Below are positions 38,796-51,413 of a DNA stretch of 64,000 nt, piece after piece. Every line of letters begins with the position of its first letter. The first letter of the stretch is position 1. The notes beneath the pieces were generated by a model that was not told the origin of the DNA, made no database searches, and saw only the letters and a program-made list of their open reading frames with translations. Made by a program: the position numbers and the translations under genes. The DNA is from Octopus sinensis (taxonomy: Eukaryota): positions 51,708,001-51,772,000 of the forward strand of contig NC_043000.1 in NCBI RefSeq assembly GCF_006345805.1, in the 5' to 3' direction.

Positions 38796-39149
38796 AAACT
38801 GTAGTTGTCTGTGTATGGCAGGTTTGGTAGCCTTCAACTAACACAATCTCCTCCAAGACCCCTGCGGCGCAAGTTGACCAAAATTGAGAGTATGATAGAA
38901 GGCTTGCTCTTCCTTCTGTAGGAGATAAAATTCAAATCACACCATGTTAAGACCAAAAATCATTTACATCAAAAAAGTGCATTTTTTCTATGAAAATCCC
39001 TATTTTTTACGATGTTTTGGTGTTTTTCAACCAGAAAAATGTTCACTTAAAGAGAATAACAAGCTACATAATGCAAAAGTTTTACTTTTCAAAAATTCCA
39101 ATTCTAAAGGATCGAAACTAATCCTTGCAACGCCGGGCGATACTGCTAG
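38790..39149 (+). mobile_element. Non-autonomous Helitron, second copy
   Basis: Reverse complement of 22839-23183 with internal indels; ends gcaacgccgggcgatactgCTAG|T. Confidence 0.88.
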
Positions 39150-39955
39150 TATATATATATATATTGAGAGAGAGGGAGGTGTACACATATTTCAAATGCT
39201 ACTTTTTCTGCCATTCATGTCTTCTTCCTCTCGCCTACATCCTCTGCTTCAAATGTTTGTGTTTGTACCTTAAATATATCTGTAAGTGTGTATACATATG
39301 TGTGTATGTATGTGTATTTATATAATACAGCAATGTTATAAGAATATATCACTCTCTGTTCAGCATCAAATCAATGCAAGTCACTTAAAAAAAACAAACA
39401 AAGGAATAAATGATATAAAATTATACAAAAAAAAAAAATCAAAAAATACAAGCCTTATACTTTATACTATACTAAAGCATGCCAGTAGCGTCAAACAGGC
39501 AACTGCTCAACACTTTCTTGGCTTTCTGAAAGCTGTCAACTGTCAGTTTTACTATACTTGTACTTTTTATAAATGTTTATATAAATTAGAAACAAAATAT
39601 GTGGAGTGAAATTGAATGTAGAGGGATTTAATTAAGACACCGAACAATTGCAAGGCACCAAAGAACTTACAGTCTCTGGTGAAACCATAGACATGATTTG
39701 TAAAGAACTGCAATTCAAAATTGGCAGTGGTTGTTTTGATAACATCAAAACACAGATAGGATCTAGTTGTTTTTTTTTTCTTACTTCTATTTTTTTTTTT
39801 TGAGTTTTTTTTTTTGTAGGTTTTCCTATCAATTTTTTCTATGGCTGAACTGTTTTTGTACATATATGACAGATGCTTTACTAAAGGGTAGTTGTTTAGG
39901 TGAAAAATATAATGAATAAGTATGTATGTATGTATATATGTATCCATCCATCCAT

Positions 39956-39997
<42 letters not shown>

Positions 39998-40277
39998 GCG
40001 TGTGTGTATGTATATATGTGTGTGTGCATACCACCATCATTTCACACCCCCTTTTCCATGCATGAGTCAGACAAAATTTGTCAAAGGACAGATTTTCTAC
40101 ATCTTGATGCCCTTCCTCTTTCCAAACAGGGTTATATTTCCCCATGACCAGACACATTTTTAAAAGAAGACTGGGAATGAACAACCTCATTCATTTACAA
40201 CCAGACACACACACACACACACATGCCCACACACACATGCACACTCAGTCACACACACATGCAGACACACACACACT

Positions 40278-40418
40278 GGGATTTTGGTTTCCCTGTACCA
40301 AATCCACTTATAAGGTTTTTGTAGTAGTAGAAGACACTTGCCTAATGTGCTGTGCTGTGGTACTGAACCTAAAACCATATGATCTCAAAGTGAATTTCTT
40401 AACCACACACCTATACCT
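40278..40418 (-). mobile_element. SINE B 5' half
   Basis: accaaatccacttataagg...agaagacacttgcc...ctgaacc...ttaaccacacacctatacctgt. Confidence 0.8.
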
Positions 40419-40468
40419 GTGTCTTTGCTTATTATGTTTATTTATTGTTTAACTTGTACCAAATATTT

Positions 40469-40790
40469 ACAGGTATAGGTGCAGGTGTGTAGTTAAGAAG
40501 CTTTCTTCCCAACCATATGGTCTTCGGTTCAGTCCCATTGTGCAGCACCTTGGGCACATGTCTTCTTCTATAGCCCTGGGCCAACCAAGGCCTTCTGTGT
40601 GTGTGTGTGTGTGATGTGTTGTGTTCCCCACCACAACCTGACAACTGGTATCAGTTTATGTCCCCATAGCTTAGTGGTTCAGCAAAAGAGACTGATAGGA
40701 TAAGTACTGGGCATGAATTATTCAGCTAAACACTTCATGGAAGTGCCCCAACATGGCCACAGTCCAGTGACCTGAAACAAATGGTTAAAG
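40469..40790 (+). mobile_element. SINE B full length, CpG-decayed
   Basis: Head, short (TG)n and 3' half all present; most family CpGs appear as TpG or CpA. Confidence 0.88.
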
Positions 40791-41177
40791 AGGTATGCTG
40801 TGTGGTTGATTTAAGAATGAAGTTTCTCAGTCAGAGACATTATTCAATAACTGTGATATGATGCTAACAGCACCTCTCTTGGTTAGTTGTTTCACAAGAT
40901 CTTTGGTTTGGTCACATGAATAATTATGGGAAAACACTTACTTTTTGATTATTGAATGTCTGTTTTTCCATACCAGAATGGGATGGACACAGTTATTTGA
41001 AGCAGGATGTTTCTACAAGATGCTCTTCCTGTCATGAACCTGTATCAGTTTTTCAAAATTTTGAAGGAATATGTGTTCATATTCATATTGTGACAAGAAT
41101 TTGCTTTGCCACTTGCTGCTGTTTCAGTTCGCACTCCTCAATAACCAATGCTCTTGGATTCTCATGCACATCACATT

Positions 41178-41211
<34 letters not shown>

Positions 41212-41741
41212 GAATGTCTGTGTCCAAAAGTCTTTTAATTTTTCCAGGGCGTCTTTGGAAAGATTGTGTGGGAGAAAGCAAATAAGTTATGTCGAAACCA
41301 TATGCTTGCAAGAGGGCTAGATGGTGAATGAATCCTAATGTTCAAGGTTATCATTAATTGCATTCAATAGATCTAAACACCCATATATGGGTATAGAAGT
41401 ATATATTTAATTGTAGAAAGCAAAGCTATTGATCGCACTTACAAAGCTTTCATGTGGAAGTAAAGTAATTGTGTTTGTGTGGTTTTGTGCCTATATATAT
41501 ATATGTAAGCACATATGTGTTGGTTTACACAAGCTTATATGTGAGAAATGTGTGAATATATACACACAAAATACATATTTGCAAGAGACTGTGTATGTTT
41601 AAGGAAGGTAGAATATTGAGTAGCATAGGTATATCATTTCAACTTATTGCTTTTGTTCCTGTAAGTTCAGATGTTACAAATAACGAATTTGTTACAAAAA
41701 TAAAATACATATGAATAAGTAAATATTTTGTAAACAAATAA

Positions 41742-41811
<70 letters not shown>

Positions 41812-42863
41812 ATATGTTTATATGTATATATGTATGGACATATATATATATACTGTATAATAATGAATAATAATGCTAAAAACTTTAAGAAAAACACATA
41901 AATAAAACAGCGAATCTCTTTGATATATAGTACAAGAATTACATAAATATACAAAAAAAGGCCAAAAAATATGAGCAAAATAAGAATTCCGTTTATCATG
42001 TGTTTCAGTTTTTTCTTTTTTTTTTTTACTTATATCTGTTTATTTGTGTATATGAGTGTATGCTTCTAAGTGTGTGTGTGTGTATGTTTGCACTCTTGTA
42101 TGTATACGTATGTTTTGAAATATATTTATCAAGATGCAAGTAACAATAGGAAAAAGATATAAGTAACTATAAACAATAACAACAACAACCGCAATAATGA
42201 TGGTAACTGCGAGAGAATTTTTTTTTTATTAATATCTTTTATTTTGTAAAAATATATGTAATAAATATAAATGGTTGATCTATATCAGATTGCTAGATTA
42301 CTCCTGCAATAATCAGTATATATTGCTATTTATGACCTCAAAAGTGAAATCTGTTTTCACTCTGTTTCCCCTCTCACTCTGTGTGTGGGTAGGTGTCTGT
42401 GTGTGTATGTTTGTATGTATACACACACACACACACACACACAGACTGTAACATATAATGTTTATGTATTGTTTCAGCATGAAACTTCAGTTAGAAATAA
42501 ATGAAATGCAGTTTTATTGGGGGTGCTCAGTACATGTATTGAGTGCTCCCTTCCTGTTTCATTCACCAACTAGAACAGTTAAGCAAGAGTATGTGTCCTG
42601 CACCCAATTTGTCCTCTCTAAGCGTTCTCTACCTTTCATCTTTCTAACATCCATCCCATTGTTTAACTATTCAGCTGGTCTAATCCTATGAGAGTAGAAC
42701 TTTACATATTTCACCCTTTCCTCATTCTCAATATAACCCCTTCTTTCATTTCCCATTGATCACCTCTTTCTTTCCCTCTAGTTATCTCTTCCTGTCCTCT
42801 GCGCTACATCTTAGGACTGCCATGCCTTATCTTTAGCACTCTCTCATATCTGCTGTTGATGCT

Positions 42864-43258
42864 ACTGTTGCTGTTGAGTGAAGCGGTCTTCGTCCCAGAG
42901 CTCACAAGATCGCGCCTCTGTAGTGGGAGAAGTCCGAAACGTGGTCCTTTGCTATTCATAAGACCCGCAGAAGAGAAAGCAGGTCAACCCCTAACACCAA
43001 GAGCATCGACAGATGGATGAATGCGCATCCAGGCTCAGCAGTTGCATAGGAAGTCGGGGAGAAGAAACAGGAAGAAAGAGTGAGAGAAAGTTGGGGTGAA
43101 AGAGTACAACAGTGGTCGCCACCACCCCCTGCCGGAGCCTTGTGGAGCTTTAGGTGTTTTCACTCAATAAACACATACAACGCCCGGTCTAGGAATCGAA
43201 ACCGCGATCCTCCGACCATGAGTCCGCTGCCCCAACCATTGGGCCATTGCACCTCCAC
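42864..43258 (-). mobile_element. SINE D with alternative (D2) tail and 13-bp TSD
   Basis: Same head and first part of the body as 13168-13460, different 3' half; TSD tgctgttgatgct at 42851-42863 and 43259-43271. Confidence 0.9.
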
Positions 43259-44773
43259 TGCTGTTGATGCTCCACCCACTAATATGTCCTCATTCACTAT
43301 AGCCTCCACTATGTATCTCTAACATCAATCTGTGTCACTGTACATCTTTTCTTCTTCTCCACTTCCCTTTCCCATGCTGCACATGATTTTCCTATTTCTG
43401 ATCTATCTACAGATTTATTATACTTCTGCTCTCCACCCTTATTGTACTGTCACTTATCACTTACTCCTCCTTGAGTCACTCTTATGTCTTTACCTTCTTT
43501 ACCTTCTTTTCAGTTACTTCCACTCACGTTTATATAATGTGGAGTAGCCTTATATTGTTATAGTAAGATGCCTCTTCCTCTCCCCTTCTCATATTTTAAG
43601 CTCCCAGCACCTCCCTCTCTTCTAGAATGCCACCCAGCCAAGGAATACTTTTCTTTGTCTTGTGAGTTACTTTGTGTTGGTGTTGTGGCAAATACACTCA
43701 GTACACTCTGGAAAGTGGCTGGTGTTTGATAGAATATTCAGTTATGGAAACTGTACCAACACATGCTAGCATGGAAGATAGACAATGAATTATGATAATG
43801 TATATATCTATATATATCTGGTGTGTGTCTCTCTCTCTTGAACAATATTTTTAAAGCAATGAACAATTTTCATCAAAACAACCATACAATTGTTGACTTG
43901 GAACTTATTACAAAGCTGCATAATAAAGAACAGTATCACCACCATTGTCACCATATCTGCCATACACACCATTCAGATTTCTGATGCCACCACCATCAAT
44001 ACTTTTGACTTCACCGCTTTCCCCTCCACCACGATCACCACTATCTTCCTCATCATTTACTCTCACCCTCATTCCTGAGGGCCTTGGTTACCACCACTAC
44101 CACCACCATCTTCACCACTGCCTCCACCTCTATCACAACTACAGCTCATACTACTACTGTCACCTCATTACCATCAGTGCTCAGTATGCTAGTTCAGCAT
44201 GCTGGTTCAGTGTTCAGTCTCTCTCACATACCCACTCTTTCTTTCCCTCTTATTATTACTCCCAGTGCCACCATCAACACTACTATTTTTAATAAAACAT
44301 CATCAACTCTCTCTAAATTTCTTTGCCTCTCTTTCGCTCCTCATTTTCTTTCTCTCCGTCTGTCTGTCTTTACCACTGCTCTCTATGCCTACTATTACTC
44401 TCACCCCATCATGAGGAATAGTAGAAGTGTCATTGCATAGTGAGAGAGGGAGGTCAAAGTGTGACACACTAACACACAGAAATTAGTTTATGCATTTATT
44501 GTATTAGATATATGTGTGTATGTGTTATATATATTTGTATGTATGTAAATTTAATAAAATGATGTCTCTTACAAGTCTAGTCATGTTTTCTTCTCTAGCA
44601 TTCATCTCAGACAATTTCTAAACAGAAATCTTATAAGAGCCATTATTTGATATTTTTCTACTTTACTTTATATTATTGAAGATTTCACTTAAATTGCAGT
44701 TTTCCGAGTTGTTTTAAATAGGAATATGTTGCATAAATGTATGTATGTATGTATGTATGTATGTATGTATGTA

Positions 44774-44804
<31 letters not shown>

Positions 44805-45284
44805 ACGTTGGTATGCATGTAAGTTGGTTGTGGTCTGTTACACCATTTCATGTATTGCACACTAGTCTACAAAGGCAGATGTGTGGCGTATCAGTTCTGT
44901 TTGCTTTCTTATTTGAGCTTCACTTTTGAACACCAGACACAGACTTGCAGGTGCCTTACCACTACTGATGTAGCAATTACAATGCCGTACATCATCTTGG
45001 GCTTTCTCTAAGCGTATCTTTCAGGGAAGGTGGAAACTTCCTGCAGCTTTTGCAAAACACTCTCATTTAAATTTCTTCGTCAATGAAACATACACCTTTG
45101 TAATGTACCACAGTCATACCTTTTATTTTTTTATTGTCTAGACTCAGTCCATGTTTAAAACTTCTCTTTGGCTTATAATGCTGAGTAAAGGAGTTATAAT
45201 AATTTAGTTTAAGATTCTACATCCTGTGTTGTTACTATTTGTATATTTGTATTTTATGTTGTGCATAAGTTATTTCCAGTTGTT

Positions 45285-45488
45285 AGTGCAGGTGGCACGT
45301 AAAAAGCACCCACTACACTCACGGAGTGGTTGGCGTTAGGAAGGGCATCCAGCTGTAGAAACATTGCCAGATAAGACCGGAGCCTGGTGCAGCCTTCTGG
45401 CTTCCCAGATCCCCAGTCGAACCGTCCAACCCATGCTAGCATGGAGAACGGATGTTAAACGATGATGATGATGATGATGATGATGATG
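45285..45488 (+). mobile_element. RTE-like 3' UTR fragment with (GAT)n tail
   Basis: ggtggcacgtaaaaagcacc...ggcgttaggaagggcatccagctgtagaa...ccgtccaacccatgctagcatggagaacggatgttaaac(gat)n. Confidence 0.85.
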
Positions 45489-46038
45489 AATTGAAACAGT
45501 GTTTGTAAATATGTCACTTTACTGCTGAGTTGTTTTTTGTTTTGTTTTATTATTTATTTTTAATTCTCTTTTCTATAATTTTTTTTTTTTTTTTTGCTTT
45601 ATCCAATAAGCACTTCCAACATATTTTGGAGGGATGTATCCAGTTTTCTGTTATTTTTTGGCTACTACTCCTCACTGCTTTTCTCTCTGAAGTGCCAACT
45701 CAAGAATATTTTTAAGATACAAACAAGTAATAAATAAATGTGTCTAAAAGATAGACCTTTTGTCTATCCCAGATGTTGGTTATGAATACTCATTCATTCT
45801 GAAATCCCCTAATTGCAAAATTATCCGAAACCAAAGTTGTGGCTGTAGTAGTAACAGTAGTGGTAGTAGTAGTAGTTGTTATTAGTTAACACTGCTTCTT
45901 CTCTTCATCTACTCATGGGGAAATTCATATTATGCAAACCAAAATTTCTAGTAATCCAGATGAATTGACTAAACCCTTAACCTATTGTCTTTTTCTCCAT
46001 AAAGGCATTTATAAACATACGTACATATATATATTTCT

Positions 46039-46089
<51 letters not shown>

Positions 46090-46100
46090 TACATTCATGT

Positions 46101-46438
46101 GAACGTGCATGGCTCAGTGGTTAGAGTGTCAAGCTTACAATCATGAGGTTGTGAGCTCGAATCCTGGACCGGGCTGCATGTTGCGTTCTTGAGTAAGACT
46201 CATTATTTCACGTTGCTCCAGTTCACTCAGCTGTAGAAATGAGTTGCGACGTCACAGGTGCCAAGCTGTATTGGCCCTTGCCTTTCCCTTGGATAACACT
46301 GGTGGCATGAAGAGGGGAGGCCGGTATGCATGTGTGACTGCTGGTCTTCCATAAAAACAACCTTGCCCGGACTCGTGCATGGGAAGGTAACTTTCTAGAT
46401 GCAATCCCATGGTCTGTGTCATGACCGAAGGGGGTCTC
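46101..46438 (+). mobile_element. SINE C1 full length
   Basis: tggctcagtggttagag (A box), gagctcgaatcc (B box), family core and tail. Confidence 0.9.
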
Positions 46439-46440
46439 AG

Positions 46441-46471
<31 letters not shown>

Positions 46472-46779
46472 TGTGTGTGTGTATGTAAAAAATATCAACA
46501 ACACAGGCAGTGTTAAAACCAAAACATAATCTTAATATCCAACTATACGTGGATTCTGTGTTCTCACATGCCATCCATGGTTAGTTGGATATATATATAT
46601 ATATATGTATGTATATATATATTTGAACTCTTTTTCTGCAGAAATAGTGTTATAATCTCAGTAAATAGAGCCATTACCAAGTCATATTATCCTTGACTGA
46701 GATTTTCTCTGTCAGTCATATGAGTTACATTAATTATCCAAAGTCAGAAAGAAGTTTCTTTCAAATCTACATAACTTCC

Positions 46780-46872
46780 TCCTCCTTTTTCTTGTACCAC
46801 TTCTTCCTTCTCAATACCAGTGTTATTTCCTCCACCCTCGTCCTCCTCCTCCCCTTTCTTCTTCTTCTTCTT

Positions 46873-46936
<64 letters not shown>

Positions 46937-47075
46937 CTTCTGTTCATTCTTCTCATCATTATCATTATTTCTATCACCACTTCCTCTTCCTCCACCTTCT
47001 CACCTCCCACCCCTCATCATTATCATTACCACCACCACCACCACCACCGTTTCTACTACCTTCTCCTCCTACATT

Positions 47076-47107
<32 letters not shown>

Positions 47108-47160
47108 CGTTTCCCCCACTACTTTCCCCCTCCTCCATTACTGCCCTCCCTTCCACCATC
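46780..47160. repeat. Trinucleotide mosaic (CCT/CTT/ATT/CCA/CAT)
   Basis: Seen directly; the poly-L/I/P/S/K/N ORFs are artefacts. Confidence 0.93.
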
Positions 47161-47649
47161 AACACCATTTCCTCCCACATTGCTTTAATTCTTCAATTCA
47201 GTCATCATTTATCGTTGCTCTCTTACCAAAACAATAATAGACAGTCTGATAGTCTTTAAACTGAAATACGAGATATAATCAATATTTATTGGCTTACATT
47301 CACCGTTTCATTGAATATTTCAAATATACCTACCTTTGCTTCATCTTTTCTTTCTTCCTGTTTTTCTTTCAGCCTTTTTCTCTTTTCTCTCTCTCTCTGT
47401 CTCTCTCTCTCTCTCCCTCTCTCTCTCCCTCTCTCTCTCTCTCCCTCTCCGTCTTTCTTCTTCATTTTCTCCAAATAAACAAATAATCATTTTTTAAGTG
47501 GGACATGAAACCTTTTTGAACTGAAGATCAAAAGTTGCTTATGGGGTGGGGATGGGTGGCCTTGGACTTACTCTGCATTACCCATCACTGACAGCTACGA
47601 TGCTGATGATGGTGGATATGGTATTGATGATAATGGCTAAAAATATTAT

Positions 47650-48448
47650 TTAGGATTGGCAGAATTATTGCAACATCAGTGAAAATGCCTTGCAGTATTT
47701 GTTCTAGTTCTCTACGTTTTGAGTTTGAATCCTGTTGAGGTCACTTTTGTGTTATGTTCTTTGGAGGGAAGTAAGATAAAGTACCAGTTATGTACTGAGG
47801 GTCAATAATATCAAATGCTCCTTTCTCAAACGTTCTGGCTTTGTAACTTGTCAAGGTCAATTTTGCCTTTCATCCTTTCAGGGCTGATAAAATGATATAT
47901 CTATCAATCACCGGGGTTGATGGTATCAGCTAAACCCCTGCCCCTGAAACTGCTGGCTTTGTACCAGAATTTAAAGCAATTATTTATCATCAGCATTATG
48001 GTGGCAAGCTGTCAGAATTGTTAGCATGCTGAATGAAATACTTAGTGGTATTTCGTGCATCTCGCTATGATCTGAGTTCAAATTCTACTATGGCCAACTT
48101 TGCCTTTCATCCTTTCAGGGTTGATAAATTAAGTACCAGTCAAGTACTGAGGTCAATGTGATTGACTTTCCCCTCCTCCAAAATTTCAAGCATTGTGCCT
48201 ATAATAGAAAGAATTATTATTATTGCCATTAAGGTAGTGAGCTGGCAGAATCATTAGCATATGAGGCATATTGCTTAGCAGTGTTTCGTATGTCTGAGTT
48301 CAAATTCCACTGAGGTTGACTTTGACTTTCATCTTTTCAAGGTCGATAACATAAGTTCCAGTTGAACAATTGGCATATCCCTTCCCCAAAATTGCTGGCC
48401 TTGTGCTGAAATTTGAAATCATTATTATTTTTATTATTATTATTATTA

Positions 48449-48487
<39 letters not shown>

Positions 48488-48585
48488 CATCATTATTATT
48501 ATTATTATTATTATCATCAAGGTGTTGAACTGGCAGAATCAAGTTTGACTTGCCTTTCATCCTTTTGGGGTTGATGAAATATATA
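47650..48585 (+). mobile_element. Head-to-tail array of five SINE A copies or fragments
   Basis: Family motifs recur at about 47650, 47850, 47998, 48230 and 48518, separated by ATT-rich tails. Confidence 0.85.
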
Positions 48586-49981
48586 CAAATAATGTCAAGA
48601 GGAAGATTAGTATTGTACTTTAGGCCAATTTTAATAAAAGGAAAAAAAAAATACTATTAAAATATTGATTTTTAAATACTAGATGTTTAGACTCCGCTAT
48701 AGTTAAGACTGCATTATACCTCACTAACTAAACAGAAATGATGGTGATAACAATTTTTTTTGGCTTCTTATGAAACTGCCCTGATATGTGGCAGATAAAT
48801 TATGAAACAAAAATATTCAGTATTTCAAACTTATTTAACAACATTTGCAGCTAACATTTGGAAAAAACCAGTGCCTACGATTATATTTATCTTTCATCTT
48901 AACCTAGCGGCACACTACTATTATATTCCACACTACCTGCCTTTCAATAAAAGTATAATATTTTAAACATGCTATCATATTGAATCTAATTTTTTTACTA
49001 ATATTCTTTACATTACACTATTTATTACTCTTTTGGTTCAAGGATTAGTTCATTATTGTTATTCTTATACTTTTTCTTCTTTTTTGCCTTTCATTCCTCA
49101 AGGTTCTCCTACTTTAAACTGATTTCATAGCTTTTTTTCTCTTTCTTATCGCTATGTTTCCCAACCCCCATTTTATTCTCTTTTTCAAATTTTTACATTA
49201 TATTTTCCAATATTTTTTTGTTAAGTTTTCAATTTTTTCTTGTTTTCTTTTTATCATATTTCTCATTTTCAGATTTTAGTTTTTTGGTTTATATACATTT
49301 TTTTTTATTTCTGGTAATTTTCAACCCCCCCCCCCCCCCGCCTTCCCCATCTACTAATACTTAAACATCATTTTATACTTCATTGAAGGCAATTTCAAAT
49401 TGTGTTCATGTTCCTTTTATTGTTTTTTAAAATTATATTTTGATTGGCCTTTATACATACATACATATATATACATTCATACATACATACATACACACAC
49501 ACATACACAGAGTGAGAGAGAAAAATATTATTACTGAAAGTAGTTTATACATTGCTAATCTAAAAACTATAAATCTCATTTTGTCTATCTTCCACACTTT
49601 ACTTTCTCTCCTTCAATCTTTTTGGGATGACCCCCGCCTCCTCTGCCTTTCTCTTTTGTTGCTTTCATTTCGTGCAGAGCACTACTCTTATTCTGAAAAG
49701 AGTTTGCATGTTTTCTGGCATTACGATGATAGTGATACTAAAACCAAGTTATGTCTAACAATAAAAGTCTCGATTGAAGCTGTAGCTAGTAGTAGTAGTA
49801 GTAGCAGTTATCATAAGAAATGAAATATAAAAAATGGAGAATAAAATTAATAACTTTTGAACTTACAGAATTGTATTTCTGTATATCCATGTGTATGTAT
49901 GTGTGTGCATGTGTTTATATATATGCATGCATGTGTGTGTATGTATGTATATATATACATACATTATATATATACATACAT

Positions 49982-50026
<45 letters not shown>

Positions 50027-50485
50027 ATGTATATATTTATATATATATATATATAATGTGTATATGTATATAGACACATATACACAAAAATGCATGCATT
50101 CACTCATTTATACAGTGATGTATACACACCAATGAAAATCAAATAGCTGTCTGATATAAAAATTGTTTACTTATTTTAGGTGTGAAAGTAATGGGGCAGG
50201 GGACAGCAGTAAACATACCAAGACATTTTTGTGAGAATAAAACAGCAGCATGGGGTTGTGAACCATTAATAGATTTTTTTTTTCTTCATTTTGTTAATAG
50301 TGTAGTTGTTGAACTTTTGTAACTATATGATATTTCTGATAACTTATATATTCTTGGCTCATATCTAGTTGTCTACAAGATCAACACGCAACATCACCTC
50401 TCTGCATATGCCACTACTGTATGTCTACTCAACCTATGTGAATGTGAAAGAAAATAAAGAGATAGCTAGTTAAGTGTGTAAGGGG

Positions 50486-50547
<62 letters not shown>

Positions 50548-50789
50548 TGGGAGTGTGAGTGAGTGTAAATGTGAGAAAAGAAACTTAGCTATTAGATGCC
50601 ATACATCACCCTGTTCAACTACAGTGCCAGGTTCTTCTATACCTGTAACTGAGTTCATTCTGTGGCAAGCATTGCAATCAGACCTCTGGTCTGAGATCAA
50701 TCCAGAAGTCATGGTCTCTTTTTCTTTTTCCTTTCTTCTAATTTTGAACACCCTGCTCTTCCTCTTTTAGCTAAACTTTAATAATTTTG

Positions 50790-51160
50790 TTTGTCCTTAC
50801 ATTCTGAGTTCCAATTCCACCGAGGTCAACTTTGCCTTTCATCCTTTCAGGGTCGATAAAATAAGCACTGGTTGAGCACTGGCAGGGTCAATGTAACTGG
50901 CTAGTTCCCTTCCACATAATTTCAGGCCTTGTGCCTATAATAGAAAGGATTGTTATCATTAAGGTAGAAACTGGCAGAATTATTTAGCATGCTGGACAAA
51001 ATGCTTTGCAGTGTTTCTTCCATCTCTTCACAACTCAGAGTTCAAATCCCACTGATGTTGACTTTGTCTTTTGTTCTTTCGGAGTTGGTAAATTAAGTAC
51101 CAGTTGAACACTAGGGTTGATGTAATCAACTATCTCTTTCTCCTATAATTGTTGGCCTTG
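50790..51160 (+). mobile_element. Two tandem SINE A copies
   Basis: tacattctgagttccaattccaccgaggtcaactttgcc..., then aaggtagaaactggcagaatt... immediately after the first tail. Confidence 0.85.
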
Positions 51161-51240
51161 TGTTATCATTACTGATATTCATTTTATAACTGTCATATAT
51201 TCTTTATTTCTAAAACGGACACCTTGCCCTTCCTCTTTTA

Positions 51241-51413
51241 ACTCTTGGAGTGGATGGTATTAGGAAGGGCATCCAGCTGTAGAAACCATGCCAAATCAGA
51301 TTGGAACCTGGTGCAGCTCCCCAGTTTTCCAGTTCTCAGTCAAACTGTCCAACCCATGCCAGCATGGAAAACGGACATTAAATGATGATGATGATGATAA
51401 TGACGACGATGAT
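51241..51413 (+). mobile_element. RTE-like 3' UTR fragment with (GAT)n tail
   Basis: Homologous to 45285-45488. Confidence 0.85.

Noticed and set aside
46693-47259. 188-aa ORF with poly-L/I/P/S
   Set aside because: Trinucleotide mosaic translation
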